Below, in pieces: positions 1-36,769 of a DNA stretch of 64,000 nt. Numbering within the stretch: the first letter of the stretch is position 1; each line of letters opens with the position of its first letter. The position numbers and the translations under genes were made by a program. Source of the DNA: Chrysomallon squamiferum (taxonomy: Eukaryota; Animalia; Mollusca); NCBI GenBank assembly GCA_012295275.1, contig CM022672.1, positions 26,102,001 to 26,166,000 on the forward strand, given 5' to 3'. The notes below the pieces were generated by a model that was given only the letters and a program-made list of their open reading frames with translations, searched no databases and was not told where the DNA came from.

Positions 1-776
1 TGTTCCTTAAACTGTGATTTTTAAATACCACTAACTGCGTACTGAATACAATTATATCACCTTTCACTGCTTTGTCTTACATAATGTTCATATATTATAT
101 TTATTATTAGCTTACACGTTATGAATATTTATTTTAAATTATTATCCGATTAATGAAATACCTTGCTAACAACAAGTTAAATCTTTCTATACAAAGATAT
201 GAAGATTTCCAAATATTTATAATTCTGAATTTAATCTTTATATATATAATTATCAGTTATTTATATAATAAACAGTATATGTGTTACTGAATTTATTTAT
301 AAAATGACCGACTTGTAATCTGAAATTTTAAGCGCAATATATAATTATTTAACAGTATAAAGGTTTACAGCATATTTTTAGGGTTTTTTTTTTTTTTTTT
401 TTTTTTGTTCTGATTTCATTATTTTTAAAAATATATTCAAAAGTTTTGTCCTATATTATTTCTTTCTTTAAGTTAGACGAAATATTGTATACTCCGAGGG
501 TTGAATATATATTTATTCTCCAATTAGTTGATTTATTTGTTGTTGATATTTTATTTTGGATAAGTGATTAAGATTCATTGAGTGAAACAAAGCGATAGAA
601 ATATTCTTTTACATAAATCAAACATTTGGTCTCAATAGCGAGATCACTTCCCTCTGTTTAAAAAAAGTGGAGTTCTCTCAACTTAAATGCATTATTCGAT
701 ATTTTAAATTTAAAAAAAAAAATGTATTTAATTTTAGATCAGAACTTCAATTTCTATGAACGTTAATGTAAGAACA

Positions 777-850
777 GCTGTGGTTCAGTGGTTAAAGATT
801 GCCATTCAAAGGAGTCATAATGTTTACCTATTTTTCATTCAAATCGGAGA
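777..850 (+). mobile_element. Possible decayed tRNA-derived SINE head
   Basis: A-box-like GCTGTGGTTCAGTGGTTAAAG and a weak B-box-like ATTCAAATC. No cloverleaf can be built. Confidence 0.2.
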
Positions 851-1603
851 CTTACGACTGCTTAATTAACGATTATGGAAAGAATTATTTTTTAATAAAT
901 AATTTATATATTATACATACCTACCTACAAATACACTTAATGTTTCTCATTATTTTATAAAACTTTTATCACGTTTGAATAATGCACTGTTAAAATACAC
1001 TTCTTTCATATAATAGTCAGTAAAGAGGGATGCAACTCTTGGTGAACTAAATGAGACATTTCAAGATACACCCTGTTCTACATAACTGGTGCAGTAAAAG
1101 TCATGGTATATATTATCACATTGAGAAAAACATCATTTAACGGACCGCCTGGACTAGTTAAAATATTATTTTACAGCAATATTTATAATTCAGTTCACAC
1201 ATTTCAAACCGAAATTCAGGAATTTAACACAACATAAAAACAGCAAAAATACATATCCACAATATAATGATATACTCTTGAAATTCAACTTAATATACAT
1301 GTAACTATAAAACATTTCAGATTTTACTTAAATAAACGGATTGTAGTCTACAATATTGCAAACTAATTTTAACAAGTCAAAGAATTATAAATTTTAAATT
1401 TATTCCCGATTATGTAAAAAATTTAAAAAGAAACACAATTTCAAAGTTGATCACAATAGTTTATTTGCTATCAAAGCTGGTGAAGATAATTTATGTACAA
1501 ATCACTTGAATACATGATTTCTTAATAATTTCTAGTTGTTTTATCTGCAAAAATGTTTTATCAAAACAAAATCTGAAGTCTAAAGTTTCTAAGACACATG
1601 TCA

Positions 1604-2165
1604 TCACGCTTTAGGTTCCTTTTTTTTCATCATTTTACGCAAGAAAATTACTGTGAAAATGGTTCCATATGTTGCCAGTACCCACTGAAAAGAGACAAAA
1701 TATTTATTACAAACAATAAAAATACTGTGTGAGAGAATATTTAATTTTATTCATCATAATTTTGTTCACCAAAAAAAAAGAAGAATGACCACTAACAAAA
1801 TGAATACAGAGAATGAAAATATATAAACAAATAATGAAAAATGTCACCCAAGAAGAATTATTACTGTACAAAATTATATATGAAGCAAATTATGAGTTAT
1901 AATGCCTAGTTTCAGTTCCAAACCTATTAAAGTTGTAATAAAAATAATTATATTTAATAACTTTAAATTTTTACAACATATATATTACAAAAAAGTGAAA
2001 CTATGCAAGAATACATTAGGTGTACCACTATTCTAAAGTTAGTTTTATTAATAAAAAAATGTTGGGACTCACATTCCTTCGTCCTCTTAATGTATAAGAG
2101 TTGAAATGTTTCTGAAATGGGCTGTCAAATTTCATTGTCTTCTCATCAACAAAATCACCAGCCAT
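1604..2165 (-). CDS. ATP5MK: ATP synthase membrane subunit K (DAPIT/USMG5), 57 aa, two coding exons (2165-2073, 1684-1604)
   Basis: Manual translation MAGDFVDEKTMKFDSPFQKHFNSYTLRGRRN|WVLATYGTIFTVIFLRKMMKKKEPKA*, joined by a phase-0 GTGAGT...CAG intron. FNSYTLxGRxNxVLATYG followed by one TM helix and a basic tail is the DAPIT signature. An acceptor just upstream of the ATG (2176-2178) implies a non-coding first exon further up. Confidence 0.92.
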
Positions 2166-4387
2166 TTTGAAAGGTCTGTAAATGAAATTAAATTAATAAC
2201 AAGTCAATGAGACAATTTTTTTTTTTTAAATTATTATATTTTATTTAACAGATATTAACTTGATTATGACTTAATTGACTTTATTAATTTAATAGAAATT
2301 AAGACCATTATTTTTTTTTTTTGTCAAGACAGTAGCTATGTTGCCAGGAATAATATCACATATTGTTTCAACATCCTATCAATGTTGAGCATATTCTGAT
2401 ACTGACAAACATTTTAACAATCAACTACATTAGTGATCAATCTGAAATATGGATCCTAAATTATGACATGCACAAAGAATTAATAAAGAGATTACCCTTT
2501 TAAAATTGTTAATATAATGTGTTAAAACTTAGCTTGACATTATGTTTTGTTCAAAATCAATGCAAGCACTAAACTGATTTGAACTTTTTTTTTCTTTCAA
2601 AGTCCTTCTTTTATATAAGACTCATATTAATGTTAATGATTCATATATAATGCAGAAACCTTATAAATATAGACTATAGTAAATAATTAATTTTTGACTT
2701 TTTGCATTATCCTCAAAATTCTTGTTCTTGTTGTAATTGATCATTGATTTTTATATTTTATTTCATGTATATAAATTCTAAATAAACTAAAATAGTATAT
2801 TTTTCTCTTTGTTTATTATTTTTATTATTTTATCTTGTTCAATCATACCTGCATGTCACAAAACCATGAATTTTTAAAGATGTATTAAATAAGCTATAAA
2901 TTAATTATAGGTTTCTACTGAGTATTGCCAATGAAATAAGTACTCGTACTGGTATTGTCATCATATCCAGGATTATCATAGATAATCGAGATGAAATGTG
3001 CGTGGCTACTGATTATCAGTTACTTCAATATCATGAAATGATGAATGATGAATATCATTTATTATAAAAGATGCGGCTGTAACCATAGACCGTTGACATC
3101 ACTATTACTGAGTATTAATACTATTACTAGTAATACATTTTTTATTTTAGGTAGTATTACTATTTATTAGTTCTAGTAGTATTACTATTAGTATTACCTT
3201 AAAAGAAAAGAAAAAAGTTAAAATGTAAATCCCAAATGATAATCAATGGGTTAAATTTGTATATTTTGTCCTCTTTACTTTTAATACTGCGATTAAAAAT
3301 GACAGTAAATTGAATAAACCATTAAATCATTGTCCAAAATTACGAAAATGCTTAAACATACACGTATTCACGGTATTGTATTTAAATATAAGGAACCGAA
3401 ACATTGTTAAAATATATAAAAATGTAATAAATGCAATAATTTAAATGGATGTAATTATCCAAAATCTTTTCATACGACACAGTTATAATAAAACCACATA
3501 TAATAATGAATACCTTGCAGAAGTATGCTCTTGGTCTTTCCAAAGTCAAAGGAAACGGAAGTAAAGCTAGAAAGTTATCAATTACCGAAATGAACCACCA
3601 AAAAACGTTTATTGCTAGTACCTGTAATATATTGCATTGAAATATACCATGCAAGCATTATTATTAATATTATTATTGTAACATGTTACAGTAATAAAGG
3701 TTGATTAAACAAACAGTCAAGGAGTTTAATTTCCCAATTTATATTTGTATTTGTAGTCTATCTGTTTTTCCTTCAACGTCTATGTGCGCACCCACCATTG
3801 CTATAACTAATACCGCAAAGAACCGTGCAAATGTTTTGTTTTTATCTATTTATGTATTCATAAATCAATATAACATTTTTATGAATGCTTTTTAAATTAT
3901 AACTAACATCTAATTTATAAGTGTCTATAATTGTTGTATAATCAAGAAAAAAACAACAAAAAACATGACATCGTTTTATTACAAAATAATAATAATAATA
4001 AAGATTTACATTTTAGACAACAATAATAAAGATCTAATATATCATTAATACATTTTAAGAAATTTATAAAATGCTTTATTGTAATTAATTTTTGTTTCTT
4101 TATGCATTATTAAAATCTGACATACAAATAAGTATTTTAAAAAAGAGATATATATTTATTGCACCCATATCTGCATGTAATACAAAGTGAAAAATGTATA
4201 ACTATCTCCATGTTTGCTTTTCCCTTTATTTTATGCATCATTAAAGAAAGAAATTAAAATCATTTCATTTTAAACAGCAATTTACTGTATATAACCTAAT
4301 TTTTAACTTCACAAAACAATATTACTTACTTTACAAAACCACTTTATCTATTTATATATATTTTAATTTTCCTTATTCTTAATATAA

Positions 4388-4430
<43 letters not shown>

Positions 4431-4696
4431 AAAATTTGGAAAATGACTGTTAAATAAATTCATTCTTAACATTACATTAAAAATATGACTGTTATAAATT
4501 CATGGTAGTGAAAAATGTATATTCAATTCTTAACATTACATAAAAAATTTAAAAAATTTTTTTTAGAAAATCTTTATACACAGTTCATTATTTAATTAGG
4601 ACATTCTTTTATATTATTAAAACTGTTCAATGTGCTTGTTATAATAATTATTTTTATAACAAGATATCTTTATTCCACTGACATTTGTGAAGCAGT

Positions 4697-28230
<23,534 letters not shown>

Positions 28231-29129
28231 AGTAACTCTGATTAATTCATAAACATATTGGTCCTATTTCTGAAAAGTGAAGAAATTTAATTAACAATTT
28301 ACTGAATGGTAAAAATACTTAAAATCAAACCAAACAAAGCTGTTGGAGGCTGCAGTCTGATTATTCTACAACAATACTTCATAAGCTAATTTCAGACATT
28401 GCATTTATCAAAAAACTGATAACCTCCTTCCCCTATGAACTGTTTAGACATCCTATTGATTTCCAAGATGCTGTATAAGTTCTGGTGTCCCCATCATTTA
28501 AACTAAAAACTGAAAAATTAAAATTAACATTTTTTATACGTTATAGATATTAGATATGATAATCATAATGAATGTTAATCAATACCATTGGGGTATTATA
28601 CCCTCCCGCACTCCTCTAAAAATTGAGTTTTTTTTTTTTTTTTTTTTTTATTTTTTTTTAAAAGTTTTTATACACACTAAAAGTTAAGTGGTTAAATACG
28701 ACAGATAGAAGCAAACAATTCTTCAACATTCAAGCGGTAATACATACGATGATAACCAGAGGGGTGCTTGAGGAAATCTTTCCAGTCAGTAATTAAAATG
28801 TCAATGACCTCACTATTAGTATTACTATTAGTACTGTTAGTACTAGTATTTGTAGTTGAACTCAGTTACATATTACAGTACTTACTGAGTTACTCAGTTA
28901 CTGAGTGTACTCAAAGTACTGTTATAGTAACATTGACACTCACTGTAACAGTAGACTAGTTTTAAGTTTAATTTCTACTTGCCGGCACAAATAAACTTTA
29001 AAAAGAACACAACACTGACACTCACAATAAATATATTAAGTATATTTTTCTATGCATTTCTATTTATCTTTCCATTTTTAAAGATGAAATTCACGGCAAA
29101 AAAAAAAAAAAAGACACGTTATAATACGT

Positions 29130-29320
29130 ACACAAACACACGTGTAGTACGAACACTACCATCAATCTTCTTCTATAGTGTTTTCCTCCAAATAAAGCCG
29201 ACGGTCTTCACTGCGTCTGATCAGGAAATCGATCATAAATTTTTACAATGTAAAATTATTGTTTACATATTTACAAATATATATAAATTTTGCAATCCAA
29301 AACTGCCCGGCTAATAAATA
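29130..29320. promoter_or_regulatory. Candidate bidirectional promoter and first-exon region shared by RRP5 and the ASB gene
   Basis: CpG-containing patch between divergent ATGs (28230 on -, 29621 on +). Both start-codon exons are preceded by splice acceptors, so non-coding first exons are implied here. Confidence 0.5.
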
Positions 29321-29620
29321 AGATGCCACACTTATTTATTATTTTATTTACCGCTAATCTGTATAAATAACACCGAAAAAAGACAAAACAAAAGTAAAAG
29401 AAAACGAAAATTGTTAAAAATTAGATCTCATTCATTACTGTTATAAACATTTTTAAGAAAGTTACTTTAATTTTTACATGATTTTTTCAAAAAGTTATTT
29501 CATTCACATATCTGTATATTTATAATATCATTACTATTACCTTTGATTTTTGTTTTTATTTCTAAACAGATTAAACGTGGCGCACTGAGGGAGGGATTTA
29601 AAATACCTGACTAATCAACC

Positions 29621-32387
29621 ATGGCGAGTTTTCGCTGGAAGAAAAGTGCGGAAGTATTAGAAAAAGAAATCGAACAAGACAAGAAATTAATTGATGCAGT
29701 TAACCAAGGTGACACTGATACTGTAAAATTACTTCTGGAAGAAGGTGTTTCTCCGGATGCTACGGAATACAACAGGACACTGTTTTATGCGTCTAAAAAC
29801 TACCTTACACCTTTACAACTAAGTGTAAGACACGGATTTGCAGATATCGTCAAATTACTGATAGAATACAAAGGTATATTGCGAGTTTTGTCCCTTTAAT
29901 GAGGCAGCATTGTCGGAAACTTAATGATCTAAGTTTTTATTATAAAGATTCTTCTCGGCGACTGAATCATCATTGGCAGTTCATACTTCAAATTACAGTA
30001 AGCCGGTAAATCAGTAAATCGAAGCGAAAGTAAGGTGTTTGGCTTAAAATATATCTCATGTAATGTATTATGACGATTCATGGTCCTCTATATCATCTTA
30101 AATAGAATGCAATATCCATTGTAATTTTTTTTTTATAATGTAGGAGATGTCAATGCTAAAGATCGTTTTGATGTCACAGCAGTACACATGGCATCCGAAA
30201 GAGGAAACCTGAAAATTCTGCAGATGCTGTTAGCAGAAGGAGCAGATTGTAACGTGGCAACCAAATATTCAAAATATGGATCTTACACAGGTTTCTTTTT
30301 ACTTTAAAAAAAATAAAGTTATTTGTTTATGTTTACTGAAAGTACATTTAAAATATCAGTATCCTCATAGTCACTTATTTGTAATATTTTATTTTGTTAA
30401 TATTATAAAATAATTATAATAATTGCTTTTTCAGCTACACCTCATCCAGGTGGAACAATTCCCCTTCATCTTGCTTCATCACATAACCATATCAGGTGTG
30501 CTGTGGAACTGATTTGGTATGGGGCTGATTACAATGCAGTGGATGAATTTGGTCGGACAAGTATGTACATTGCTGCACAGAATGCCTTTGCCGACTGTGT
30601 TCTTGAGCACCTGAACAATGCTATACGAATGGACATACTCTCTCTGCCAGCTAAAGACACAAGTGTGTAGTAGATGAATTCATAAGCATGTTTGTTGTTC
30701 TTTTTTTTAATATAACTAAAATTACTGATGTTGAAAAATATTTGTTGTTCAAAGTGACTGTTGTATAACTTAATAATGTACAAGGAAATTAGATCTGTGC
30801 TTTCAGTGTTGTTTGTTACTGGACAGAAGATTTATTGTAGACCAAATCATATAAATGTTTTGAGCTGAGTTAATTTAATTAGTTCAACAGTTTGTTTCTT
30901 TTAATTCACCCATATTTTTATCTATGGTATATTACAGATTAGTAGTAAAGTAAAGGAATTTGCTGGAGATTTTTTTTTTTTTTTTTTTGCAGAAAATAAA
31001 TAAACTTTTCAAATTCTGAAATGGTTTCAAAAACCATTGCATAATGATAAGTACATTTAAAATATCTTCAAATGAATCACAAAAATTGCTTCTGGTTTTA
31101 CTTTTATATATTAAAGTTTGTTTAATAATCACTTAAAAAATGAAAGTCAGTAATGCAAAATAGAATAAAAGCAATACATTTTTTTTAATATGTATTTTAT
31201 CTTTGCAGTTTGATCTAACAATGGCAGCAGTAGAATACAGTTTTATTTTACAGTCATTTCTTTGTGTCTTTAAATATCTTGACGTATAGTACATATTTTT
31301 TACCTTACTTTTTTTGATTAAGTTATGATCTAAATCTTAAAACTTGGAATGAAAATATCAGTTTTTATCTCTCTTAGATGAAACTCCTCTCCATGAATGT
31401 GTGCGTCATGGTTTGACATCATGTGTGACAGCACTTCTGCAACATGGATCTGATGTGAACCATCGTAATTCAGCTGGGCTGAGTCCTCTTCATCTAGCTG
31501 TTTTATCGGGAGAGAAATTTGACATGAGTATAGTAAAAGCCCTAGTGACCCAGGGTTACAACACAGATGTCAATCTAAAAGATAAACATGGTAAACAAGT
31601 GAAAATAAAAAGTACATTAAAATTATAGAGACTAATTTTTTTTTTTTTTTTTTATTATTGTTGGTATACAGATTTCATGTTCAGTTTGTAAATTATATAT
31701 CAGATGTTATTAATTATGGATTTTATATCAGTTATTCTGGTGTTTTCATTTATTCCAGTATTTTAAATGAATTTCCCAAAATACTTTCAAAGTTTGTTTA
31801 CTGAACTATTTTATTTTAAATTTTGTTTAGTGGTTAATAATAATGGTGCTGTTTTATTATTATATTATATTAACATTATTAATATATTTTAATTTTATGA
31901 TGCAGGTAACACTCCCCTCCACTATGTAAGTTTTACAGACCACACTTACCAAGAAAGACGTCCAGAAGCTGCAGCCTTCTTGATAGCATTTGGTGCTGAT
32001 CACAACATTAAAAATAAAACTGGTGACTCTTTACTACAGCAAGAAATTCGAAACAACAAATCAGAAAAGATTATTCTTGAAGCCATTATAAACAGTACGT
32101 TAAAACTACCAAGTTTAGAAGTTCTGTGCCCTTCTCTTTCAGCGAGTGGGAGTAGACTTTTGCAGGAAATTGTTAACACAAAACAAAATTCATTGACATC
32201 CGAGGCTTGCAATGACAAACTGAAATGGTATGGTTTGTACAGTAAGGGACCACGAACACTACAGCATCATTGTCGGTGCTGTATTAGAGACTACTTAGGC
32301 TGTTTAAAGCTGAGAAATGTCCATTTACTTCCCCTTCCTTCAACACTCAAGGATTATTTGTTATTAGACATTGAAACTCTTGCGTAA
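29621..32387 (+). CDS. Ankyrin repeat and SOCS box protein (ASB-like), five coding exons
   Basis: Ankyrin repeats (TPLQLSVRHGFADIVKLLI, TAVHMASERGNLKILQMLL, ETPLHECVRHGLTSCVTALLQHGSDVN) and a C-terminal SOCS box PRTLQHHCRCCIRDYL...LPLPSTLKDYLL (BC box plus Cul5-type LPLP). Approximate exons 29621-29873, 30144-30290, 30435-30662, 31378-31590, 31906-32387. Confidence 0.9.
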
Positions 32388-35300
32388 TGTTTTGTTTGAT
32401 GTAAGTACTATTTGTTTATTAGAGAAAATTATTAAAAGCTGGTTCTTTCACAGTTGGATACTGCAAAAAATTAATAAAATTAATGAATATTTAAAATAAT
32501 AGTGTGGGAGAAGAAAGAAAAAAACAATGATTCTATTCTGGTAATTTAGGGAATTTATTTTATGATTTGGTTTCTTTTGTTTTGTTGGTAAACCAAAAGT
32601 ATGTTGACAGTAATATCAAGAATATACTGAGCAATTAATACTGTTATTTCTTACGAACCAACCAATCATTACAAACTTACTAATTTCAGTTCATCTCATT
32701 AATTTTAAAATTAGGTTCCAAAATCATTCATTTCTAAATGTTAGGTACATACTAATAGTGATAGTGAGTGTGTGTGTGTGTGTGTGATATTAAGTATGTA
32801 TCAGTTAAAAACAAGCTAACATTGCCATTTGATAAGAACTTCAGTGTACAAATCTGACTTAACAATCTTACAAACAGAATTTCTTCATAATAATTAATCT
32901 ATAAAAGAACTGTACATAAATAATCAAACATTTCCCTTGGTACCTTTCTGTATTAGCCCCTTCATAATATCTGGTTTCTGAACATTCAAAGATAAACTAA
33001 ACAATATATCACTTCTGTTATTATACAGTACTGAAGCTATTAGAAACATAATGTTAGTTTTCTTACTGGAATGGAATGTTTAAATTATTTTTCTTCATAA
33101 CATAATCATTTTAGATGACCTTGTTTTGTTGAGAATTTTTTCTTTTCTGGACCATATATCTTTATATGAAGACCAATTGACCGAAATTGATTTATTATCT
33201 TTTTTGTTGTTGTTGTTTTTGAAGGAATATTTATTTTATTCTAACAGATCAGCTGACTGTGAACAAAGCAGCTGATCGTAAAATAAGTTAGTTATAATCA
33301 TGAACTGGTAAAATCACAATAATGGTAACATATATTAAAAGGCTGTGATGACCATGACTGTTAGAACTTTTTAAATCAGAACTTAATGACATTTTTGATA
33401 ATGGAAATTTTATTTTTAAATCATAGATATTGTGTATCTTTTTAAAAGAAATATGTTATTAGAAATGTTGGGTTTATGGAAGAAGCTAGAATTACTACAT
33501 AAAACTGTACTGAGCTTTAATCAGAATTTTATTGTGATACTTTAATTATAATTCCATTTAAGTGGTTGTAATGTGTGTTTTTTTTTTATGTATCTACAAA
33601 GTCAAAACAATTGTGTAAATAGACACAGATATATGACTGAGATGCTCTGATGTCTAATTTAATTGTATGTCATGATAAATCATTTTATTAGAGATAAATT
33701 AAATTAATTGTTATCTATTGTTATCTACAGTTAGATCTTATTTAATGACCATCTCAGTTTTAAGACCAAATACTATATTTTTTTATTATTTAAAGATGTC
33801 AATATTCATACTCTGCAATAGACTTTTAAAAACAAAATTTCAAATTATGTCCCTTTTTATTTCCTTTGCAATAACTAAATAACGGTTCACAATGTTTTAC
33901 TTTCCACTTTGTATGTTTGTTGAAAAAAATCCATCTCTTTCAGTTACATGGAAATTATTGTGAGCTAATTAATTTTAGTGAATGGATGAAAAATGTATCA
34001 TAAAATAGTTAAATTTTTTATAGAGGTGTGTTGTAATATTAGATGTTATGCAAAATGAACAATATTATTTAGTGTGGAAGATCCCTTGTGAGATGATGAT
34101 TCAAGTTTCACAAATTTATTTATAGTGCTTATTCAGAATATTTGGTAAGACCTTCTGACTGTTACAATCAGTTGTGCATCACTGATTTGTTAACAGATAC
34201 ATTTTCAAGATTTTGTAAATTGGTTATTTCCGAGATTTTTCTATTTGTATGAATGAAATCATTACTTTTATAAACTTGTTGATAATGTTATTTTTATCTT
34301 TTAAAGAAGATCACTGAATATGAAACTAACCGGGATAATAAGTGCTCAGAAAATAATTTATCAAAATATACTGTTGTGCTTAGATTTTTAATCATGGGTA
34401 TAATTATAAATGTTACTTCATATAAAAGGACCATCCATTGTTATATTTTAATTCCTTAGATACAAGACAATTCAGTAAATGACTTCAAAAGTAAATTGTG
34501 TTGGTTTATTATTATTTTCAGTTTGTTGAAGTGAAGGCTAAACAGTTTCATATACATATTATCTTAAAATCATCTAATCAGTATCATTAAATGCTGACCA
34601 AATAAAATTGTATTTTTGTTTAATACAGGTGGAGTAAGGTAGGGCAAGAGAATGACATATGTTAATATGAGGCTATTACATGATTTGTAATAAAGATTAT
34701 ATCCTGTTTTAAATAAATCATAATAGATAATAACACTGGTACATTTAGGGATGCCATCATGAATTCAGTTAATTTGTTATTTTGTCATCATCATATAGGT
34801 AATGCTTTTAAAATAAGTTGTGTTCCTGATATTCTTAAATTGTTTTCATTGCACATGGCTATAAAAATAATACAAAATCAACAAAAACAACAAAACCAGA
34901 CAAATATTTTTATAAAAACAATGATACTATTCTGAATTATGTACACACCACCAATGTTATTCAGATCTATAAAAGTTTTAAAACTGAATCTGTAATTTAC
35001 ACTAAAACTACTATGGTATGTTTCAGTGAGTCAGTTTTTGGTATGAGCAATTAGTCAAAAAGAAATGAGTCATTCAGAAAAATGGATTTCTTGTCATTAA
35101 TGTTTTTACATATATAAGTTTAATTATTTAATTTAAAATAAATAAATGAAATATATAATCCTCATTAAAGTTATGAAAGGTTTTTTGAGTATAAAAGCAC
35201 CACTTTTTGCCAACAAATTATACTAGAAAATGGCAATGTCAAGGATCATCTCAAGAAACATTAAGGTATTTTGAAGAAAATGTGCTTTATATACTATGGG

Positions 35301-36769
35301 TAAGTACTCAAAACTTTTAATTGCACATGTCTACTTTTGTCAACATTTTAAACCCAAAATATAAATATTGCAACAAAAATAACAAACATTTAGAATGTGG
35401 TTTCATATTCTGACTGACATGAGACATATATATGAAAAATATTTTCTGTGAAATAGCTAATGATAGTTTAAACAGTGTGATGATTTTTGGACTAAGTACT
35501 ATAGATAATATAAAAATGAAAAAAATAATATGCACAAAAATCTATTTGCTAAGTATTAACAGAAATTGATTAACTTTTAAAAATATGAAAATAAAAGTTA
35601 TATTAGAATTTTTTTTTTATCTTAATAGTTTTGGGGAAATTAAAAATTCTATTAAGATATTTAAGACAAAGGGTCTGAAGTATTATTGCAACATCCTTGG
35701 GATGTTTCTTTTTTTGTGATAGATTTTAAAATTTACTAAACAAGTTCACAACATAAAAACTATTTCATAGACACATTAACACACAAACAAATTTTTTATG
35801 AAAGAAAATAATGTGTGCTTTAGCTCTTTATAAAGTAAATATTTGGTTTTTTCTGAATTTTTCTGCACTTGAAATGCAAATGAAGCTTTCACAACCAGTC
35901 CAATAAATTACTTGTAAAAACTTGTTAATTTATATTTTAATTTGGTCATCATTTAATTCATTTTCAATATAAGAAAAATATTTACAATTTGTCTGGTGTA
36001 GAATATTCAAATTGATAAATAAATAATGAATTGTAAAACAAGAATTTACTTTTTACATTATTTACATTCAATATTTCAACACTAATCAAAGATTTTTCTT
36101 TCAACTGTTGAAAATCACAATAGTTGTTAGAAAATACTTTTACTTAAGAAATAAATAAGTAAAGTTTCATTTCAAAAAGCTGAGAGAAAAAATATGTGTC
36201 TTCAAAAGTAAAATGATTTTAACTTAGATAAATTGATAATAATGAGACATTTACAAAACCAACAAGCTTTTTCATTAATATTTTTTTACTTTTTTTTCTT
36301 AACCCTTATAGGAATGTATGCATGTTGTTTTTTTCTTCAAATTTGTTTTCTTATGTATCAACAAATGCAATGGACTAAAGTTTATAGTTTACACTACAGT
36401 ACAAAATTGCAATTAAAATATATAATCAGACTATTCTGTTAATCATTCACTGAAGGATTTTCAACAGTTCTTTACTTATCACTGTACTAGATTGTAAAAA
36501 AAAAAAATAATTACAGTTCTGTGTTTGTGTAATGTTAAACCTTTTACCAAGCTGAGTAAACTAAAACGTCAGATCTGTCTTTTATCTCCTAAATAAGACT
36601 ATTCCAAGCCATATTTCATTTCATTTATTATGACTGTTTCTTCCCATGCTAAAATGACTGATTATACCCAAAAATACAATAACAAAGATTTTGTTCCTAC
36701 AGTGACCTTCTCATTTGCCAATCAGTAATGTTTAGTAAGCAGTAAAAAATAAAAAAATAAAAAATGTTA

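Noticed and set aside
3382-3895. Short hydrophobic ORFs here and in other intronic or intergenic AT-rich regions
   Set aside because: The F/I/L/Y/K bias reflects base composition, and there is no recognisable domain or splice-consistent structure.
34092-34160. ATGATGA...CTGA pair downstream of the ASB gene
   Set aside because: No convincing terminal stem, not intronic, and expected by chance in AT-rich DNA.
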